Of a stretch of 64,000 bases of DNA, positions 57,603 through 64,000 are shown in pieces. The number at the start of each line of letters is the position of its first letter. Position 1 is the stretch's first letter. The DNA is taken from positions 18,050-82,049 of the forward strand of contig DAIDHW010000007.1 in assembly GCA_027451865.1 (NCBI GenBank). The letters are read 5' to 3'. The position numbers were made by a program, and so were the translations under genes. Source of the stretch: Leptolyngbyaceae cyanobacterium clean351 (lineage in GTDB: Bacteria > Cyanobacteriota > Cyanobacteriia > DAIDHW01). The notes under the pieces were generated by a model that did not search any database, was not told the DNA's origin, and was given only the letters and a program-made list of their open reading frames with translations.

Positions 57603-57628
57603 CTGGTGATCAATCCCGGGATTTGTGC

Positions 57629-58051
57629 CTAGGCGTCGTGGGCCTTCTTGGTGCTGAACTTGAGGCTGGGAGGTTGGGGGTTGCTGCCGATGTTGCGGCT
57701 GACAGTGCCTACCGCTACCCGGCCGGCGTTGACCTTTTCGGGGAAGACCCCGTCGCTCGGGTGCAGGTACTGCACATCCCCATTGGGGAAAACCCGATAG
57801 ATTTTGTAACTGGTGATCTTAAATTTAGTCCGCAGTTGGCTGCCGAGGGCAAGGCATTGCTCCTTGCGGGGCAGGTAGGCGATATTGTCGCCCTGGTTCA
57901 TGGTTGCGGCACCACCGGTGGGCATTTCAAACACCTGTTCCTTGGTGCTGGTCCAGGTGATTGCGTACTTTTCCTCCACTTCTGCCTTGCGCAGGAGGCC
58001 ACCGGTGGAGCCGCCGAATTTCACAGGTTGTCCAGTCAGGGTGTCTGCCAT
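57629..58051 (-). CDS. psaD: Photosystem I subunit II
   Basis: [51 protein letters not shown]. Confidence 0.97.
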   Translation of the reverse strand: MADTLTGQPVKFGGSTGGLLRKAEVEEKYAITWTSTKEQVFEMPTGGAATMNQGDNIAYLPRKEQCLALGSQLRTKFKITSYKIYRVFPNGDVQYLHPSDGVFPEKVNAGRVAVGTVSRNIGSNPQPPSLKFSTKKAHDA

Positions 58052-58170
58052 GGGTGTTTCTCTCAAGGTTTTAGATCGTAAGCCTGCCAGCATCCTACCA
58101 TCTCCAGGTTACCCCCCCCGGGCCCAGGTTAACAGTTTTTATCAATCCTGGGGGAGGTAACTAGAAACAT

Positions 58171-59385
58171 CTAGATTTTGCCGCGCATCATCATAGACAT
58201 TTCATTGCGTTTGGGAGAAGCCGCGAGGGCCGTATCCTCATTCACGATCCCCGATTCGTAGAGTTCAAAGAGGCACTGGTTCATCGTACACATGCCGTCG
58301 AAGGTGCACTGGGGAATGATTGCCTCTATTTCATCTACCTCTCCACGCTTGATGTAGTCCCGAATGGCGTCGGTGTTGATCATGATTTCGTGGACGGCCT
58401 TGCGCTTGCCATCGGTGGTCCGGACCAGGGATTGGGCTACTACTGCCACTAGGGATTCTGCCACCTGGACGCGCATCGGTTCCTGTTCATCGGGGTTGTA
58501 AAGGTTAAGGATCCGCTCAATGGTTTTGACGGCGCTGTTGGTGTGCAGGGTACCGAAGACTAGGTGGCCAGTCTGGGCCGCCTTGAGGGCGGTGTTGACC
58601 GTCTCCCGGTCGCGCATTTCCCCGATCAGAATCACATCTGGGTCCTCCCGTAGGGCGGCCTTGAGGGCGTTGTCAAACTTGAGGGTGTGGATCCCCACCT
58701 CCCGCTGTTTGACTAGGGACTTGCGACTCTGGTGAACAAATTCCACCGGGTCTTCAATGGAGATAATATTTTTGGTCATGGTGTTGTTGATGTAGTCCAC
58801 CATGGCCGCCAGGGTAGTAGATTTCCCTGAACCCGTGGGGCCAGTGATTAAAATCAGGCCCTTTTGGTATTCGCACAGGTCCCGGAACACCGGCCGTAGG
58901 CCCAACTCATCAATGGTTAAAATCTTCAAAGGGATCAAACGCATTACCAGGGAAGGTCCCCTCAGGGCCATGAAGATGTTGATCCGCACCCGCGCTATCC
59001 CCTCGTACTGGGTGGCCCCGTCGTACTCTAGGGTTTGCTGGAAGGTGGCAACCTGGGCAGGGGTGAGGATCTCCTCTAGCCAGCCGTTAAAGGTAGCCTC
59101 ATCAGTTTGGGGATAACGGGTGATGATGATTTCTCCCCGTTCCCGGAAGCGGGGAACTTCCCCGACCCCCAGGTGGATATCGGAGTAGCCCTTTTCAAAG
59201 GCCTCCCGTACCAGACCCTCGATGGTCAGGGAACCGGTGCGGGCCGGGGCTGTGGGCCGTTGGCTGATAAAGGTGCTGGCAGTAGAAGCCCCACCCGGGT
59301 TTGTCTCAATGGCGGTGGGACTAGGGGGGGAATTGACGGGAAAACTGGGCGGCGGGGGAAAGCGGCGGGGGGGTTGGTCTGGCAT
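58171..59385 (-). CDS. pilT: Type IV pilus retraction ATPase (PilT2-type, Pro-rich N-terminus)
   Basis: TGPTGSGKSTTLAA, IEDPVEF, ALREDPDVILIGEMRD, TGHLVFGTLHT. Confidence 0.9.
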   Translation of the reverse strand: MPDQPPRRFPPPPSFPVNSPPSPTAIETNPGGASTASTFISQRPTAPARTGSLTIEGLVREAFEKGYSDIHLGVGEVPRFRERGEIIITRYPQTDEATFNGWLEEILTPAQVATFQQTLEYDGATQYEGIARVRINIFMALRGPSLVMRLIPLKILTIDELGLRPVFRDLCEYQKGLILITGPTGSGKSTTLAAMVDYINNTMTKNIISIEDPVEFVHQSRKSLVKQREVGIHTLKFDNALKAALREDPDVILIGEMRDRETVNTALKAAQTGHLVFGTLHTNSAVKTIERILNLYNPDEQEPMRVQVAESLVAVVAQSLVRTTDGKRKAVHEIMINTDAIRDYIKRGEVDEIEAIIPQCTFDGMCTMNQCLFELYESGIVNEDTALAASPKRNEMSMMMRGKI

Positions 59386-59586
59386 GACGGGGGCATGGGG
59401 AGGAGGACACCTTCAAGCTAGTGCAAAATGGTGACTGGTGGGGTCCTGGTTAATACTGAAAGTTTAGAGCGCATTCTAGGGGCCGGACCTAAATGTCAAC
59501 AGAAGTTGCGGTTTTCTTTCCCCTCTCCCCTTCCGTAGTAGAATCATTTTCGTCCATTGGCCCCGCCCTTTTTAGGAGAATGATAT

Positions 59587-59706
59587 ATGGCTGGCTCCTA
59601 CGCCGCTTCCTTTTTGCCCTGGATTTTGATTCCCACCGTCTGCTGGCTGCTGCCCGTAGTCACTATGGGTCTGTTGTTTCTGTACATTGAATCTCCGGCC
59701 GAATAG
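59587..59706 (+). CDS. psaI: Photosystem I subunit VIII (below the ORF-track size cut-off)
   Basis: Hand translation [39 protein letters not shown]; AGGAG RBS. Confidence 0.95.
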   Translation: MAGSYAASFLPWILIPTVCWLLPVVTMGLLFLYIESPAE

Positions 59707-59998
59707 GCTCAGGCCTGGTCCCGATTGGCCCCTAGCCCCCGCCTCGGATCAGGTGGGGCTAGTTGGGTTTGCCCTTGTCGGTTTCTCAGGCGGCTACCGG
59801 GGGAGCTAATCTTCAGGTGCTGGTAATAGCTCCGGATCCCCTTTAATCTCAGGGTCGGTACTGACAGTGCTCTGCTGTCGACTGCGTTGCCATACCCAGC
59901 ATCGCTAGTCCCCAGGTCAGAGGTGTTGTTACTACCTGTGGGATTACTTGGGATAAAAGCTGTATCCGGCTTTGGTTTATAAGCCCCTGTTCTTTGCG

Positions 59999-61096
59999 TC
60001 ACTCGTCACGTATTTCACTTTTGTCTGGGATACCGCTGGTGGTGACCACACCAGGGCCCCCCTGGGAAGTAAACATACCCAGGTGTTTCCGGGCTGCCTC
60101 CGTCGCCACCCGGCCGCGGCTAGTGCGCCCAAGGTAACCGATCTGCATCAGGTAGGGCTCGTAGACTTCCACAATGGTCTGGGCTTCCTCCCCCGTAGCG
60201 GCTGCTAGGGTTTCTAGGCCTACCGGTCCCCCCCTAAAGGTGGTGATAATCGTTTCTAGGAGCCGGCGGTCTGTCCAGTCTAACCCCAAGGGGTCTACCT
60301 GGAGCAGTTCTAGGGCAGCAGCAGCGACGGCGGCGGTGATTGGACCGGGGGCCTTGACGGCAGCGTAGTCCCGGACGCGCCGCAGCAGGCGGTTAGCAAT
60401 GCGCGGTGTACCCCGGGAACGCCGGGCGATCTCCTGGGCACCGGCCTCATCAATGGGGGTGCAGAGCAGTTGGGCGGTGCGCTGGACAATGGTGGCTAGC
60501 TCCTGTACCTCGTAGAAGCGCAGGTGCTGAATCAGGCCGAACCGGTCCCGCAAAGGAGCGCTCAGGGAACCCATGCGGGTGGTTGCCCCAATTAGGGTAA
60601 AAGGGGGCAACTTCAGGCTGCGGGTGCGAGCTCCTTGGCCCTTACCGATGGTGATGTCGAGGCGAAAATCCTCTATGGCCGGGTAAAGGAGTTCCTCAGT
60701 TACCCGAGCTAGACGGTGGACCTCATCAATAAACAGCACGTCGCCGGGCTTAAGAGCGATTAATAATCCGACAATATCCCGGGGCTTTTCTAGGGCCGGG
60801 GCGCTGCTGATGTGGCACTTACCCCCCATCTCAGTGGCCAGGACTAAGGCCATGGTAGTTTTGCCTAGGCCAGGGGGGCCGTACAACAGCAGGTGCTCAA
60901 GGGGTTCTCGGCGGTGCTTAGCCGCCTCAATGGCGATGTGCAGGGTCTCCTTTAGGTCCCGTTGACCAATGTACTCCTGTAACCGGCGGGGCCTGAGCTC
61001 CTCCCGTTGCTCCTGGTCCTCAGGAGTAACCTGGGGGCGTACCAGAGGTTTGGCGTGAGAGGGCTGGCGGGGGGAGCGGGAGGATTCGATAGCCAA
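59999..61096 (-). CDS. ruvB: Holliday junction branch migration helicase RuvB
   Basis: [54 protein letters not shown]; probable TTG start at 61096. Confidence 0.95.
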   Translation of the reverse strand: MAIESSRSPRQPSHAKPLVRPQVTPEDQEQREELRPRRLQEYIGQRDLKETLHIAIEAAKHRREPLEHLLLYGPPGLGKTTMALVLATEMGGKCHISSAPALEKPRDIVGLLIALKPGDVLFIDEVHRLARVTEELLYPAIEDFRLDITIGKGQGARTRSLKLPPFTLIGATTRMGSLSAPLRDRFGLIQHLRFYEVQELATIVQRTAQLLCTPIDEAGAQEIARRSRGTPRIANRLLRRVRDYAAVKAPGPITAAVAAAALELLQVDPLGLDWTDRRLLETIITTFRGGPVGLETLAAATGEEAQTIVEVYEPYLMQIGYLGRTSRGRVATEAARKHLGMFTSQGGPGVVTTSGIPDKSEIRDE

Positions 61097-61100
61097 GGGA

Positions 61101-61385
61101 CTAGACCTGGGCGGCCCGAGCTTCCTTGGCCATGGCCACCAGGACTGTATGGGCTGCGGCGGCGTCGGCGAGGGGTTCAGCAAAGGGAATGCGGCACTCG
61201 GTAAGGGATTCCCCCACCTGGACCTGGAGATTCATGCCCTGGGCATCGATGGAGATCAACTGGGCACCCGTAGCAGCGGGCAGGGCACCGAAGACTTGGG
61301 CGTAGGCTAGCACAGCCCCCTGGTGGTCTTGGTTCATGTGGTCGCAGATCCGCTGGCTAACCGTAGGAGTGATCGCTTCAGACAT
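61101..61385 (-). CDS. DUF2470 domain protein
   Basis: [10 protein letters not shown]...VLAYA..FG, ISID..GM.L, RIPF, LVAMA. Confidence 0.8.
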   Translation of the reverse strand: MSEAITPTVSQRICDHMNQDHQGAVLAYAQVFGALPAATGAQLISIDAQGMNLQVQVGESLTECRIPFAEPLADAAAAHTVLVAMAKEARAAQV

Positions 61386-61565
61386 GATGGGAAGAGAGGT
61401 ATTTGTTTAGTGATCTTAATCAATTGGAGTGGGATTTTCGTGCATTAATAACCCTAGGAGGCCTAGGGCATGACTAGGATTAGGCCTGGGTCCCTCGACT
61501 TTTTCCTCACAGTCCCGGGAAGTAGTGCCCCCCCGGGCCAGCCTTTTTCGCTTAGATTTGAAGGT

Positions 61566-63417
<1,852 letters not shown>

Positions 63418-63435
63418 GAGGCAGCAAGGGCAGAT

Positions 63436-64000
63436 TTAGTGGAGGATGCCTGGGTTTATTAACCCCAGGGTGGCGCGGCCGAGGCCGTCTAGTATAAACT
63501 GAATGCCGATGGCTGCTAGGACCAGACCTAACAGGCGGGTGGCGATCTGGATCCCCATGGCGCCGAGAAACCGCTGGATTAGGTCTGATAGCAACAGGGT
63601 GACCAGCACCGCTAGGGAAACTGTCCCCAAAACCAGAATCAAGGCTACCCGGGCAGTTGGGTCATGGACCTGGTTACTGTAGAGGATCACTGTGCTGATT
63701 GCCCCCGGACCGACGAAGAGGGGAATGCTCAAGGGGACGAGGATCTTGCCGTAGACAAACTCTGCCTCCTTGAGGGGATTGGCGGCCACCTTGGCGGCTA
63801 GGTCTTGATGGTAACTGGCCTGGCCTCCCCTGACCATTGAGATGCCAGTTAACAACAGCAGGATGCCGCCAGAAATTTGGAAGGCACTGATGGTGATGCC
63901 AAAGAATTTCAGGATGTCGTTACCAATTAGCAGAAATATAACCAATAAGGCAAACACCGTAAAGGAGATAAATAAGGCCAGCCAGTTGCGCACTGGTCTG
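63436..64000 (-). CDS. MarC family membrane protein (5' end outside the window)
   Basis: FGI.I.AF.I.GGILL, VPL.IPL..GPGAISTV, TRLLGL.LAAIG.QFI..G. Confidence 0.85.
   Translation of the reverse strand, partial: RPVRNWLALFISFTVFALLVIFLLIGNDILKFFGITISAFQISGGILLLLTGISMVRGGQASYHQDLAAKVAANPLKEAEFVYGKILVPLSIPLFVGPGAISTVILYSNQVHDPTARVALILVLGTVSLAVLVTLLLSDLIQRFLGAMGIQIATRLLGLVLAAIGIQFILDGLGRATLGLINPGILH

Noticed and set aside
59709-60002. 97-aa minus-strand ORF after ruvB
   Set aside because: Low complexity with no recognisable motif; it may be real but cannot be supported.

Overview
This is a GC-rich cyanobacterial chromosome segment (psaD, psaI, psb28, psb32, chlM, flv1/flv3), mostly housekeeping genes. 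One accessory island lies at about 23.6-32.7 kb. It holds an intact arm-type tyrosine integrase, a decayed partial copy of that integrase, a 25-repeat CRISPR array transcribed on the minus strand with no cas1/2/6/10 in the window, and a CARF-HEPN (Csm6/Csx1-like) gene. The most striking observation is that the array does not end at its trailer. Progressively degenerate repeat copies continue for about 3 kb (28210, 27844, 27189, 27118, 25575), all in the same orientation. The intervals between them are gene-sized 'spacers', each carrying a small ORF co-oriented with the array. Two of these are unannotated, apparently paralogous 77-codon genes, each with its own promoter-like element and RBS and a single inactivating lesion. 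Two encode secreted proteins and one a roadblock-like protein. Together this resembles a gene-cassette array delimited by CRISPR repeats next to an integrase; the mechanism is inference only. Also present are a cobalamin riboswitch before cbiX, an IS4-family relic and a methyltransferase pseudogene. All calls were made by eye from the sequence and translations; no database searches were run.
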